This document shows, piece by piece, positions 1 to 9,738 of a DNA stretch of 64,000 nt. The translations under genes and the position numbers were made by a program. How positions within the stretch are numbered: the first letter of the stretch is position 1; each line of letters starts with the position of its first letter. The notes beneath the pieces are model-generated. The model was not told the origin of the DNA and searched no databases. It saw nothing but the letters and a program-made list of their open reading frames with translations. Origin of the DNA: an uncultured Gemmatimonadaceae bacterium (GTDB lineage: Bacteria; Gemmatimonadota; Gemmatimonadetes; Gemmatimonadales; Gemmatimonadaceae); assembly GCA_963843845.1 (NCBI GenBank), contig CAWJMB010000002.1, positions 2,880,001-2,944,000 on the forward strand, written 5' to 3'.

Positions 1-449
1 AGCGGCGAGACCGCCGCCGGTCGCAGAATCGCCGCCATCAGCCCCGCGAGCTGCAACACCGTCACCCCCTTGCCGAGCGGCCGTGCGCTGAAGGTGACGG
101 GGCGAAGCCAGCGCACCAGCCGCGCGACCAGGAAGCCGATCGCCGTCATGATGTCGCGGATCAGCAGCACGAGGCACTGCGTCGGCGTGAGCCGCCCGCT
201 CGCGACGAGCGCGACGGCCGCGGAGAGGACGAACGCACGGTCGGCGAGCGGATCGATGAGGGCACCCCATCGCGTCACGGCGTTGCGCCGCCGCGCGAGC
301 CACCCGTCGAGCACGTCGGTGAGCGACGCGACGGCGACGAGTGCGACGTGGGTCGTCGTCTCGCTCGTGGTCACGAACGCCGCGGCGAGGCCGATCCGCG
401 ACAGACTCACCACGTTCGGCAACGTCCACAGCGACCCATCGAACGACAT
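1..449 (-). CDS. CDP-alcohol phosphatidyltransferase family protein (runs off window edge)
   Basis: Not in the ORF track. Manual translation MSFDGSLWTLPNVVSLSRIG...TDVLDGWLARRRNAVTRWGALIDPLADR contains the DxxDGxxAR...GxxxDxxxD family motif. Confidence 0.88.
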   Translation of the reverse strand, partial: MSFDGSLWTLPNVVSLSRIGLAAAFVTTSETTTHVALVAVASLTDVLDGWLARRRNAVTRWGALIDPLADRAFVLSAAVALVASGRLTPTQCLVLLIRDIMTAIGFLVARLVRWLRPVTFSARPLGKGVTVLQLAGLMAAILRPAAVSP

Positions 450-491
450 GGGGTCAAGGTAGCCGGTTGCGCCGCCGATACGCACCGGCGA

Positions 492-2057
492 GTGTTGGCG
501 ATCGTGCCGACCCTCAGTACGCCGACGCTGTTCTTCGTTGTCGCGACCTTGCTCGCGGTGCTCTGGGACGTCGTCTATGGCGGACGGATCGCACAGCTCC
601 GCCGCGCGCCCAAACCGCTCGCGACACTCAGCGCGCTGTGCGGCTTCCTCGTCGCGCCCGCGCTCATCGCGGGCTTCGCCGGCGCCTCGGTGCTGGGCGG
701 CCACGCCGTCGCGGCCGTGGCGTGGCTGTGGCCGGTGACGACAGGGCTGTTCGTCGCCCAGGCCGCGTACGCGACGCTGCGACGCTACGTCACCCCGCTC
801 ATCGGCGTGCCGGTCCTCGCCTACGACACGCTGCTCTTCGCGATCGCCGTGGCGCAGTGGCTGCTGCGGTGGAACGGACGCGCCCCGACGGTGCTGCTCG
901 CCCTCACGGCCGCCCAGGCGTCGTTGCTCGGCACGCTGCTCGGCCGCGCGGCGCTCGCGGCGCCGTTCCTCGTCCAGGTTCCGCTCCTCGTGCCGGCATA
1001 CCCCGCGCGGTGGCGGGCGACGAAGGTCGTGCGCGCGCTGCTCGCCGTCGGCACGACGACGCTCGCGGGCGTGCTGCTGCTCGAGTTGCCGCGCGGCTAC
1101 GGCGCGGTGCGCAGCTACCAGCCGTACGCGACCGAACGACTCAGCGAGCGTCCCGCTGGCGACTTCGCACTCGGCATCAAGCTGCTGCCGACGCTGACCG
1201 GACTACCGTCGGCGACGATGGTGCGCACGGCGCTACCGCTCGCCGACACGCTCGACCTCGACGTGGTGAGCCTGACGCTGCACCCGGCTGCGCTCACGCT
1301 CACCTCGCTCGACTCGCTCGCACGGCTGATCGACCCCATCCGACGGCGCGACAGCACGGCGCTGATCGTCGCGATCGGCTTCGACGACGACGACCGGGCG
1401 GCACTCCGCGAGGGAACCGATCGCTTCCTGACGCGCCGACTCGGCTTCGTCGAGCGCGTCGCGCGGGCACTGCGGCCGGACGTGCTGCTGCCCGCGACCG
1501 CGCCCTACGGCGACGACCGCCGAGTGCTCGGCGAGCAGCCGGTCGAGCTGTGGCGGCGCTACCTGACCGACGCCGCCGCGCGCGCGAACCGTGTCAACGC
1601 GAACATCCGCGTCGGTGTCGCGTCCGCGCGGTACGACGCGGCCGACAGTGCGTTGTACGCGTGGGCCGCGTCCCGCAGCTCGCCGCTCGAGGCCGTCGGT
1701 TTCGTCGTCGCGCCGTCGTTCAATGGCGGCACCGGGGTCGACGCGCGGCTCCGGACGGCCGACCGGTGGATGCGCCTCGCCGCGGCCGCCCCGGACGCCC
1801 CGCGGCGCCCGAAAGCGCACTGGGTGTTCGACGTGCGCGGGTATCCGATGACGCACGGCGACGCGAGCCAGGAGCGCACGGTGTGGCACACGCTGTCGTG
1901 GGCGACCGCGCGCGCCGCCGTGCGCGGGGTCATTGTCGCGGAGCCGGAGGACTACCTGTCGACGAGCGGGCTACGCACGGCGTCGGGGCGGTTCAGACCG
2001 GTCGTGTCCGCGTTGGGCAGGGCGGCCCGAGGACTCGACGAGACGGCGTCGCGCTGA
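492..2057 (+). CDS. Membrane protein: N-terminal multi-TM region plus C-terminal soluble, possibly glycoside-hydrolase-like alpha/beta domain
   Basis: ORF 348..2057, probable GTG start at 492 or 504. About 6 hydrophobic segments, then alternating alpha/beta pattern; fold is inference. Confidence 0.6.
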   Translation: MLAIVPTLSTPTLFFVVATLLAVLWDVVYGGRIAQLRRAPKPLATLSALCGFLVAPALIAGFAGASVLGGHAVAAVAWLWPVTTGLFVAQAAYATLRRYVTPLIGVPVLAYDTLLFAIAVAQWLLRWNGRAPTVLLALTAAQASLLGTLLGRAALAAPFLVQVPLLVPAYPARWRATKVVRALLAVGTTTLAGVLLLELPRGYGAVRSYQPYATERLSERPAGDFALGIKLLPTLTGLPSATMVRTALPLADTLDLDVVSLTLHPAALTLTSLDSLARLIDPIRRRDSTALIVAIGFDDDDRAALREGTDRFLTRRLGFVERVARALRPDVLLPATAPYGDDRRVLGEQPVELWRRYLTDAAARANRVNANIRVGVASARYDAADSALYAWAASRSSPLEAVGFVVAPSFNGGTGVDARLRTADRWMRLAAAAPDAPRRPKAHWVFDVRGYPMTHGDASQERTVWHTLSWATARAAVRGVIVAEPEDYLSTSGLRTASGRFRPVVSALGRAARGLDETASR

Positions 2058-2071
2058 CGCGGGACGATGCG

Positions 2072-2407
2072 TCAGCGCCGCTGCTCGAGCGTCTCCGCGG
2101 CGCGGGTCACGCGGTCCGCGTAGTCCGGGAGCCGCTCGTCGCCGCGCCGCGCCGGGAGGACCATCGACTCGTCATCGTGCTCGTCGGAGTCCAGAGCGTT
2201 CGTCATGCTGTCGCCGCCGAGGGCCGCGACGGCCTGCTCGAACCGCTCGACGGCGGAGAGCAGCGTCGCGAGATCGTCGCTCGACTCGTTCTCGTCGGCG
2301 TCGATGCCGCGCTGGCGAAGTTGACTCGCGGCCACGGTGGCAGCGCGCTCGCGGTCCTCGAGGCGGTGCGGGTTCAGCTCGTCGTCACGATCGGGGCGGG
2401 CGGTCAT
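2072..2407 (-). CDS. Hypothetical acidic protein
   Basis: 111 aa ORF with natural composition; GAGGA Shine-Dalgarno-like sequence upstream. Confidence 0.7.
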   Translation of the reverse strand: MTARPDRDDELNPHRLEDRERAATVAASQLRQRGIDADENESSDDLATLLSAVERFEQAVAALGGDSMTNALDSDEHDDESMVLPARRGDERLPDYADRVTRAAETLEQRR

Positions 2408-2461
2408 CGCGATCCTCGCTCGGGAAAAGGGTTCGTTCGCGACCGCTCGCCAGTGCGAGAC

Positions 2462-5107
2462 TCACGCCACACCCCGCACGATGCCGTCGACGCGGCGCGA
2501 CGCATCGACGTAGCGCGCGACGAGCGCCTGCACGCGTTCCGGCGTCACGGCGCGCACCCGCGCGTCGTGTGCCGCCAGCTCGTGCAGCCCGCCGCCCAAC
2601 TGCCACGCGTCGACGATCTCGCCGAGCACCGCGCCGCCGCTCTGCTGGTGGATGGCGTGTGTCCCGATCTCGTACGTCTGCGCCCGCTCGAGCTCGTCCG
2701 CCGTCACCGGCTGCTCGCGCAGGAGCGCGAACTGCTCGAGCAGTCCGTCGCGCGCTTCGATCTCGCGTTCCGGCGACGTCGCGATGTACGCGCCGAGCGT
2801 CCCGCCGCGCGCGCGCGCGCTCGCGAAGACGTGCACGGTGTAGGCGAGCGACCGCCGGTCGCGCAGCTCGTCGAAGAAGCGCCCGCCGAGCCCGCTCGCG
2901 ATCCCGGCGAGGAGCTGCGCCGCGAAGCGGTCGTCGTCGCCGCGCGCGGGGCCGTCGAACAACATGGCGAGCGCGCTCTGCCGCTTGTCGCGCGACTCGA
3001 CCGTCTCGCGAACGGCACGTGGCCACGCCGGCGCCCCGATCGTCGGCTGCTCCTCGTGGCGTAGCTCGCCGAACGCGCTCGCGAGGAGTCCGGCGGTCTC
3101 GTCGGGATCAACGTCGCCGACGATCGCGACGACGCTGGCCCCGGTGAGCACGTGCGCGCGGTGCCACGCGCGCGCGCGCGACGCGTCGATCGCCTGCAGC
3201 GATTCGCTCGTCCCGACCGTCGCGCGGCCGTACGGGTGTCCGGCGTATGCGGTCGCGAGCGCGAGGCGGATGGGATAGCGATACATGTCGTCGCGCACCT
3301 GCGCCAACTCGGCGAGCGCGACCCCGCGCTCGGTCTCGAACGCCTCGTCGGAGAACACGGGATGTTGCACGACGTCCGCGAGCAGCGCCGCTGCGGCGCC
3401 GAGCCGACGGCGCGGCACCGAGATCCCCCAGCCGAAGCTCTCGCTCCCGACGCTCGCCCCGACGCTGCCGCCCAGCAACTCCGCTGCGTCCGCGAGCTGC
3501 GCCGCCGAGCGCGTCGTCGTGCCCTTGATCGCCGTGCGCGCCATGAGCGACGTCAGCCCGCTCTCCGCGTCCCCCTCCTGCACCGCGCCGCCGGCGACGT
3601 ACGCGCCGAGGTGCACGATCGCGGCACCAGGCTTCGGCGCGACGAGGATCGGGACACCGGCGTCGGTGCGATAGACGTGCACGCCGTTCTCGACCCGCTC
3701 GGCGCGGAGCACGGCGCGCGCGACGGTCGGCGACTCGGCGATCCGCGGTGCGGGGACGAGCGTCGAGGGTGAGGCGCCGTCGAGCAGCGCGTGAAGCGCG
3801 ACGGCGTCGACGGCGAGCGACGGCGAGCCGGCCGGTCGATAGTAGATCACGCTCACCTGATCGGCGGCGAGGTGACGGCGCACGGCAGCCGTCACGTCGT
3901 CGGGCGTGGCGCCGAGCAGCGCGGCGAGGTAATCGTCGCCCCGTGTCCATCCGCCTAACGCTTCCCACTCGCAGAGGTAGCTCGCCTGCCCTTCCATCGT
4001 CTCGAGCCGCCGCGTCCAACGCGACTCGAGCACGCGCTGCACCCGCTCGAGCTCCGCCGCGTTCACACCGCCGTCGCGCAGCGCCGCGACCTCCGCCCAG
4101 ATCGCGCGCGCGGCGTCGGCAGCCTGCGCCGGCGCCATCTCGGCGTGGATCGTGAACACGCCGAGCTCGGTGGGCGTCGAGTCGAACGCGCCGATCGACG
4201 ACGCGAGCTTCCGTTCGCGCACGGCGCGGTAGAGGCGTGAGCCGCGGCCGGTGCCCAGCACCGCGGCCGCGAGCTCGAGCAGCGGCGTGTCCGCGTCGAG
4301 CGTTCCCGGCGTGCGCCAACCGAACGCCAGTTGCGACTGCTGCACGTCGCCCGCCAGCTCGCGATACCGGAACCCGGGCGCGCTCGCCTCGCGATCGCCC
4401 GGCGACCGCTCGACCGGAGCGTTCGGCAGCGCGCCGTAGAGCGCCCGCGCTCGTGCGGTCGCGTCGTCGAGATCGACGTCGCCGACGATCGCGAGGATGG
4501 TGTTGGCCGGCTGGTAGAAGTTGCGGTAGAAGCGCAGCACGTCGTCGCGCCGGAAGCCGCGCAGTTGCGCCTCGACGCCGATGCGCCAGCGGCGAATGCG
4601 GTGGCGGTCGTGGAGGAGCGCGTAGAGCGACTCGATCGTGACCGCGTTCGGGTTGTCGAGCTTGCGCTTCGCCTCCTGGATGATCACCTCGAGCTCGCGC
4701 GCCAGCTCCGCGCCGTCGAGAATCGAGCTGGCGTACGCGTCCGCCTGGATGTCGAGCCCCGCGGCGAAGCCGCTCGACGGCAGCACGGCGTAGTAGCTCG
4801 TGTGGTCGTAGATCGTGTGCGCGTTGAGGTAGCCACCTCGCGCCTTCGTCTGCTTGGCGATCTCGCCGACGCCGCGCCGCTCGGTCCCCTTGAAGAACAT
4901 GTGCTCGAGCACGTGCGCGATGCCGACGACGTCGTCGGTCTCGTCGAAGTACCCGGCCTTCACGTACGTGTTGATCGCCACGACCGGCGCGGACGTGTCG
5001 CGGCGCACGAGGACGGTCAATCCGTTAGGCAGTCGCTCGCGGCGAACGTCCGGGACGTCGAGCGGCGGGGCGGCGAGCGCGGACGTGTCGAGAGTCGATG
5101 TCGGCAT
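2462..5107 (-). CDS. M16 (pitrilysin) family zinc peptidase, two-module
   Basis: Inverted zinc motif HVLEH, NAHTxxDxTxY, LPNGL at N-terminus, and a duplicated second half lacking HxxEH. Confidence 0.93.
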   Translation of the reverse strand: MPTSTLDTSALAAPPLDVPDVRRERLPNGLTVLVRRDTSAPVVAINTYVKAGYFDETDDVVGIAHVLEHMFFKGTERRGVGEIAKQTKARGGYLNAHTIYDHTSYYAVLPSSGFAAGLDIQADAYASSILDGAELARELEVIIQEAKRKLDNPNAVTIESLYALLHDRHRIRRWRIGVEAQLRGFRRDDVLRFYRNFYQPANTILAIVGDVDLDDATARARALYGALPNAPVERSPGDREASAPGFRYRELAGDVQQSQLAFGWRTPGTLDADTPLLELAAAVLGTGRGSRLYRAVRERKLASSIGAFDSTPTELGVFTIHAEMAPAQAADAARAIWAEVAALRDGGVNAAELERVQRVLESRWTRRLETMEGQASYLCEWEALGGWTRGDDYLAALLGATPDDVTAAVRRHLAADQVSVIYYRPAGSPSLAVDAVALHALLDGASPSTLVPAPRIAESPTVARAVLRAERVENGVHVYRTDAGVPILVAPKPGAAIVHLGAYVAGGAVQEGDAESGLTSLMARTAIKGTTTRSAAQLADAAELLGGSVGASVGSESFGWGISVPRRRLGAAAALLADVVQHPVFSDEAFETERGVALAELAQVRDDMYRYPIRLALATAYAGHPYGRATVGTSESLQAIDASRARAWHRAHVLTGASVVAIVGDVDPDETAGLLASAFGELRHEEQPTIGAPAWPRAVRETVESRDKRQSALAMLFDGPARGDDDRFAAQLLAGIASGLGGRFFDELRDRRSLAYTVHVFASARARGGTLGAYIATSPEREIEARDGLLEQFALLREQPVTADELERAQTYEIGTHAIHQQSGGAVLGEIVDAWQLGGGLHELAAHDARVRAVTPERVQALVARYVDASRRVDGIVRGVA

Positions 5108-5130
5108 CCACGCAGTCTAATCGTCCGCGC

Positions 5131-5997
5131 TCAGCGGATGATCGAGCGCTTCCGCAGCACCGCGAGGCCGGCAGCGAGGTACACGGCGCCGTAGGCCATG
5201 ATCGACCCGGCGCCCTGGATCATGTTGCGGACCGTATGCTCGGGGTGATCCGGGAAGAAGGTGGCGAGCGTCTGCATCGGCGGGAGCATCCACGCGAACA
5301 GCGACGCCCACCAGTAGCCGTCGTTCGACGCCGCGCGCAACAGGATCGAGAGCGGAATGCACAGCAGTGCGATGACGATCTCGTAGCGAACGAGCGTCGA
5401 GAGCAGGAACGCGAGCCCGCCGACCGTCACGTACACGACGGCGATGACGGCGAGCGGTACGAGCAGGGGCACGGCGTACGGAAACACGAGCCCCGTCACG
5501 AGCAGCGTGAGCGCGGCGACCGCGAGCAGCCCGACCCCGTGGATCACGAACGACTGGACGTAGAACCGGGTGAGCCCGACCGGCTTCGCGAACAGGAACC
5601 GCTGGTAGCCGCCCTCGCGGTCGCGCGAGACGATCCCTGCCGTCGCGAACAGCGTGCCTAACGCGCCGAGGACCAGGGCAGCCATCGGCGTGAGGAGCGT
5701 GAACGGGTTGAGCGCGTCCCGGATCTCCGAATTGTCCGCGACGATCTCCGCGAAGTTGTGGTGGAAGATCCAGATCGCGAGCATCGCCACGGCGAGCATG
5801 ACGCTGCCGCGGTACTTCGCGAAGTCGCGTGCCTGGTACAGTGCGTAGCGCAGCACGCCGCCATCGCGCGCCGTCTCGAGCGGCGGGGCGACGTCGGGCT
5901 CGTTCACCGCGAGCGCCATCCGCTCGAGCTCCGCCTCGAAGGCGTCGTCGAGGGGCGGCGCGGTCCGCGTCGTCGTCTGCACCTCCGGCATCGTCAT
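5131..5997 (-). CDS. ABC transporter permease
   Basis: Real start MTMPEV overlaps the ATPase stop (ATGA). About 6 TM segments; DREGGYQRFLFAKPV motif of ABC-2-type permeases. Confidence 0.82.
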   Translation of the reverse strand: MTMPEVQTTTRTAPPLDDAFEAELERMALAVNEPDVAPPLETARDGGVLRYALYQARDFAKYRGSVMLAVAMLAIWIFHHNFAEIVADNSEIRDALNPFTLLTPMAALVLGALGTLFATAGIVSRDREGGYQRFLFAKPVGLTRFYVQSFVIHGVGLLAVAALTLLVTGLVFPYAVPLLVPLAVIAVVYVTVGGLAFLLSTLVRYEIVIALLCIPLSILLRAASNDGYWWASLFAWMLPPMQTLATFFPDHPEHTVRNMIQGAGSIMAYGAVYLAAGLAVLRKRSIIR

Positions 5998-6917
5998 ACG
6001 AGCGCCTCCGCGACCGCGTCGTGAAATTCCATCTCGAGCGCACTCTGCGCCGGCGCGACGCCCGCCACGAGCGCGCCGCGGCCGATGAGCGTCGCGAGGC
6101 CGGCGTTGAGGTCGTCGAGCGTCGCGGCGTACACGCCCCAGTCGCCGCGCCCCAGCTCCGTCACCTGCGTGAACACCTCGCTCAGATGCTCGGCGCCGCG
6201 CGCCATCGTGAGGCGCCAGAGCGACTCCGCGGTCTGCGGCAGCGCGCGCGAGACCTCGACGACTTTCTGCATCCGCCCGCGGTCGAAGATCGCCACGCGG
6301 TCGCACAGCCGCTCCAGCTCCTCGAGATTGTGCGAGGCGATGAGGATGGCGCGCCCGGGGCGCCGCAACTCGGCGACGATGCCGCGGAAGCGCATGAGCC
6401 AGAGCGGGTCGAGTCCGTGCGTCGGCTCGTCGAGGATGAGCACGCGCTCCTCGCGCAGCAGCGCCTGCGCCAGACCGAGGCGCTGCTTGTTCCCCTTCGA
6501 CACGTGCTTGAACTTCCGGTCCGCGAGGTCGCTGAGACCGAGCCGCTCCATGAGCTGCTGACTGCGCAGCGCGATCTGCTCGTCGGGCACGCCGCCGAGG
6601 GTCGCGAAGCGGGCGAGCGCGTCGCGCACCGTCCAGCGCGGGTCGATCTCGATCAGCTCCGACAGATACCCGATGCCGTTGCGCTCGATGTACCGTCGCG
6701 GCTCCTGCCCGTCGATCGCCACGACGCCCGACGTCGGCCGCACGTAGCCCAGGAGGATCGAGATGAGCGAGCTCTTGCCGGCCCCGTTCGGACCGGCGAT
6801 CCCCATCACCTCGCCCGGGCGGATCTCGAGCCACACGTCGTCGAGCGCGACGACGGGGCGTTGGAGGAACGGAGCGTAGCGTTTACCGACGCCACGAAAC
6901 TCGACGAGTGGTTGCAC
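5994..6917 (-). CDS. ABC transporter ATP-binding protein
   Basis: Walker A GPNGAGKS, signature VSKGN, Walker B ILDEP, H-loop SHN. Confidence 0.95.
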   Translation of the reverse strand: MQPLVEFRGVGKRYAPFLQRPVVALDDVWLEIRPGEVMGIAGPNGAGKSSLISILLGYVRPTSGVVAIDGQEPRRYIERNGIGYLSELIEIDPRWTVRDALARFATLGGVPDEQIALRSQQLMERLGLSDLADRKFKHVSKGNKQRLGLAQALLREERVLILDEPTHGLDPLWLMRFRGIVAELRRPGRAILIASHNLEELERLCDRVAIFDRGRMQKVVEVSRALPQTAESLWRLTMARGAEHLSEVFTQVTELGRGDWGVYAATLDDLNAGLATLIGRGALVAGVAPAQSALEMEFHDAVAEALV

Positions 6918-7004
6918 GACCGACCAGACCGGGGAAGCGAACGCTGACCTGACGTTAACGCTCCTTCCCCTACGGTCGTCACCGCGGCCGGATTCAGCGC
7001 GCCG

Positions 7005-8108
7005 CTACGGCGTCGGCGCGGCGCGCCGCGGGTCGTTCGGCTGCGGGAGCACGAGCGGGATGCCCGGCGCCGGCGCGGCCTGGCAGGGCGACCAGTCGCC
7101 GACGCCGGCGCGCTGGAAGAACCGGTCGGACAGCTCGCGGTTTCCCTGCCGCCGGAGCGCGCACCCCATCCAGCCGAGCGCGACGCGGTCGGTCGGATCG
7201 GCGCGGATCGCGCGCTCGTACCAGCGCGTCGCCTGATCCGGGTGATTCGTGAACAGCAGGTACTGTCCCATCTCGCGGAGCGCGAGCGCGTTCTCCGGCT
7301 CGAGCTGGACGGCGGTCCGCAGCTCGTTGAACGCACGCGGCATGTCGCCGTCGTCGCGGGCGAGGCGGCCGAGGTAGACGTGCGGCATGGCGAGCGTCGG
7401 ATCGTCGGCGACGGACTGCTCGAACTGGCGGCGCGCCTCGACCCGGTTTCCCTGTTCCATCGCCGTCCGACCGGCGGCGAGCGCCGAGCCGTCACGCCCG
7501 CGGAGGAAGACGACCGCGCCCACCCCGGCGATCAACAGCGCGACGATGACGCCGAGAATGAGCGGCCCCGGCCCGCGTCGGGCGCGCGCCGTCGTCGGTT
7601 CGTACGCCCGTCCTGGCGGTGGCGCCGTCGCAGGCCGCGCCGGCGCCACCGACCCGGGCGGCGCCGGCGACGGCGCCAGCGACGGCGCCAGCGGCGGCGC
7701 GGCGCTCGTCGCGCCGCGCGGCGGGGTCGGGTACGCCGCCGTGTCGGCCGCGATGCCGACACCGAGCGCCGCTTCGATGGCCTGGAAGCCGGCACGCGCC
7801 GCGTCGATGTCGTCCTGCGTCGGCCGGTAGTCGGTGCGACTCACGCGGTCACGCGCCGCGAGAAAGCCGAGCAGCGCGTGCGCGTGCGCATAGTCGAGCT
7901 GCCCGCCCTGGCGCACGTCGCTCACGAGCGCCTGCCCGGTCAGCGCCGAGCCGCCGAGCAGCGAGCGGAGTGCGGTCTCGACCGCGCTCCACGATTCGAT
8001 GACGTCGGCGGCGACGTCGTCCGGATGTCGCTCGGCGTCGAGGCGCGCGACGACGGGGCGTGCCGCCTCGAGCGCGGCGAGGGCAGATCGCTGATTCGGC
8101 GTGGCCAC
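7005..8108 (-). CDS. Single-TM protein with N-terminal helical domain, Pro-rich linker and C-terminal TPR repeats
   Basis: TM segment LILGVIVALLIAGVGAVVFL; TPR-like helices (AVQLEPENALALREMG, AIRADPTD). Confidence 0.8.
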   Translation of the reverse strand: MATPNQRSALAALEAARPVVARLDAERHPDDVAADVIESWSAVETALRSLLGGSALTGQALVSDVRQGGQLDYAHAHALLGFLAARDRVSRTDYRPTQDDIDAARAGFQAIEAALGVGIAADTAAYPTPPRGATSAAPPLAPSLAPSPAPPGSVAPARPATAPPPGRAYEPTTARARRGPGPLILGVIVALLIAGVGAVVFLRGRDGSALAAGRTAMEQGNRVEARRQFEQSVADDPTLAMPHVYLGRLARDDGDMPRAFNELRTAVQLEPENALALREMGQYLLFTNHPDQATRWYERAIRADPTDRVALGWMGCALRRQGNRELSDRFFQRAGVGDWSPCQAAPAPGIPLVLPQPNDPRRAAPTP

Positions 8109-8122
8109 GGGGCTCTGCAGGC

Positions 8123-9289
8123 TTACTGGACGATGCGCAGCAGTCCGGCGTCGGCGCTCCCGCGCACGAACGCCTCGGCGTTGTGCGCGGAGATGCGCAC
8201 GCCGGTCGAACGAAAGTGGCGGCGCGACTCGGCGGCCATGAATTCGGAGAGCGATTCCGGGTGCTCGTCGCGCGCGGGCCGCTCGCCCGTGCGCAGCTCA
8301 CGCATCCGCGTGACGATGTCGTCCCACGACCCCTCGAGCTGCTGGCCATCCTGCAGGATGACGCGATGCCGGCGCCTCGCCGACTCTGCGGCGCGGGCGG
8401 CTTTCGCGTCGCGCGCGTCCGCCGCCATCGCTTCGCCGAGCATGGTACCGAACAGATCGAGCTGATGGCGCGAGTCGCCCGCCTGCGCGGCCTCGTCGGC
8501 GGCGTGCTCGATGTCCGCGAGCATCTCGTCGATGGTATCGGGCTCCCCTGCCAGATCGGCCAACCGCGCCTCCCACGGCGTCAGCTCGGGGTCGCCGTCG
8601 GCGAGGCGGTAGATCGACTTCTTCAGCTCGATCAGTCGCCAGATCCCGAGCTCGTCCCAGTGATCGTCGGGCGTCGAGCGATCGAGATGATAGAGCGCGG
8701 CCTCCGACTCACCACGGTCGTAGAGCACGTTCGCGAGGTAGATGCGCGCCTCGACGTGGTCGTTGTCGAGCTGGAGCGCGCGACGCAGCGACGCGACCGC
8801 GCCGTCGTCGTCGCCGAGCCGGTGGAGTGCGTAGCCGACGCAGGCCACGGCCTCGGCGCTGTCGGGCGCCTGCTGAGTGGCGATCTCGAAGAACTCTTTC
8901 GCGTCGTCGATGAGCCCTTCGCGAAAGAGCGCGCGCCCGATCTGGAGCATCAGGTCGATGTCGTCCTGGTAGCCCAGCTCGAGCGTCTTGCGGAAGCAGC
9001 GCACGGCCGCGTCCTGCTCGCCGAACTTCATGAGCGTCTCACCGAGCCCGGCGAGGGCGTCCTCGTGTTCGGCGTCGAGCACGAGCGCCTCGTCGAACGC
9101 GCGGCGCGCCCACGCGAACTCCTCGCGCGCGAGGCGGGCGTATCCCATTCCGACGTGCAACTCCACCGCGCTCGGGTAGAGCGAGAGCCCTTCACGGAGC
9201 ACGACCAGCGCCTCGTCGTACTGCCCCTCGTTGTACAGGGCGTGGGCGCGCTCGTCGTACTCTTCGGAGCTCAGGAAGGGGTTGGGCAT
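8123..9289 (-). CDS. Tetratricopeptide repeat protein
   Basis: C-terminal part of the long ORF, starting MPNPFLSSEEYDERAH. Multiple TPR units; GGAGG SD and TACAAT -10 upstream. Confidence 0.88.
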   Translation of the reverse strand: MPNPFLSSEEYDERAHALYNEGQYDEALVVLREGLSLYPSAVELHVGMGYARLAREEFAWARRAFDEALVLDAEHEDALAGLGETLMKFGEQDAAVRCFRKTLELGYQDDIDLMLQIGRALFREGLIDDAKEFFEIATQQAPDSAEAVACVGYALHRLGDDDGAVASLRRALQLDNDHVEARIYLANVLYDRGESEAALYHLDRSTPDDHWDELGIWRLIELKKSIYRLADGDPELTPWEARLADLAGEPDTIDEMLADIEHAADEAAQAGDSRHQLDLFGTMLGEAMAADARDAKAARAAESARRRHRVILQDGQQLEGSWDDIVTRMRELRTGERPARDEHPESLSEFMAAESRRHFRSTGVRISAHNAEAFVRGSADAGLLRIVQ

Positions 9290-9319
9290 AAGCTCGGAAC
9301 GCCTCCAGTCGATATGCCT

Positions 9320-9325
9320 ATTGTA
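9320..9325 (-). promoter_or_regulatory. -10 element TACAAT for the TPR gene
   Basis: Near-consensus hexamer about 30 nt upstream of the ATG, with GGAGG in between. Confidence 0.55.
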
Positions 9326-9345
9326 CTGCTCGGGCACCGCGGAGA

Positions 9346-9693
9346 TCAACGAGCGGCGGGGACGCGACGCGTGCGGAGGGTGTCCGTCCGCACCGGCGGC
9401 GGGGTTCGCGGCGGCGGCGGCGGCGTGAGCGGAACGGTCGTCGCCGGGCTGCCCGCCGCGAGCGCCGCGGAAGCCGAGTCGACCCACGCCTGGATGCCGA
9501 GTCGTTGACGGATCGAGAGCGAGTCGAGCCGCATGCGGGCGGCCGAGTCGCGGCGCGCGACCACCGCCGGCGACTCGGGCGCGGCGCGCCGCGCCGGGGG
9601 CGGCGTGATGACACCGGCGCTCTGCGCGACGGCGTCGCGAGCCGCGAGCGTGAGCGCGGCGAGCACCGCGATCGGGAAGAAGCGAGCTGGCAT
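9346..9693 (-). CDS. Hypothetical secreted protein
   Basis: Signal peptide MPARFFPIAVLAALTLAARDAVAQ; Pro-rich tail. Confidence 0.6.
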   Translation of the reverse strand: MPARFFPIAVLAALTLAARDAVAQSAGVITPPPARRAAPESPAVVARRDSAARMRLDSLSIRQRLGIQAWVDSASAALAAGSPATTVPLTPPPPPRTPPPVRTDTLRTRRVPAAR

Positions 9694-9738
9694 GGTGCCA
9701 CGCTGCGCACGCCACGTGCCGTCGTTCGACCGCACGCG

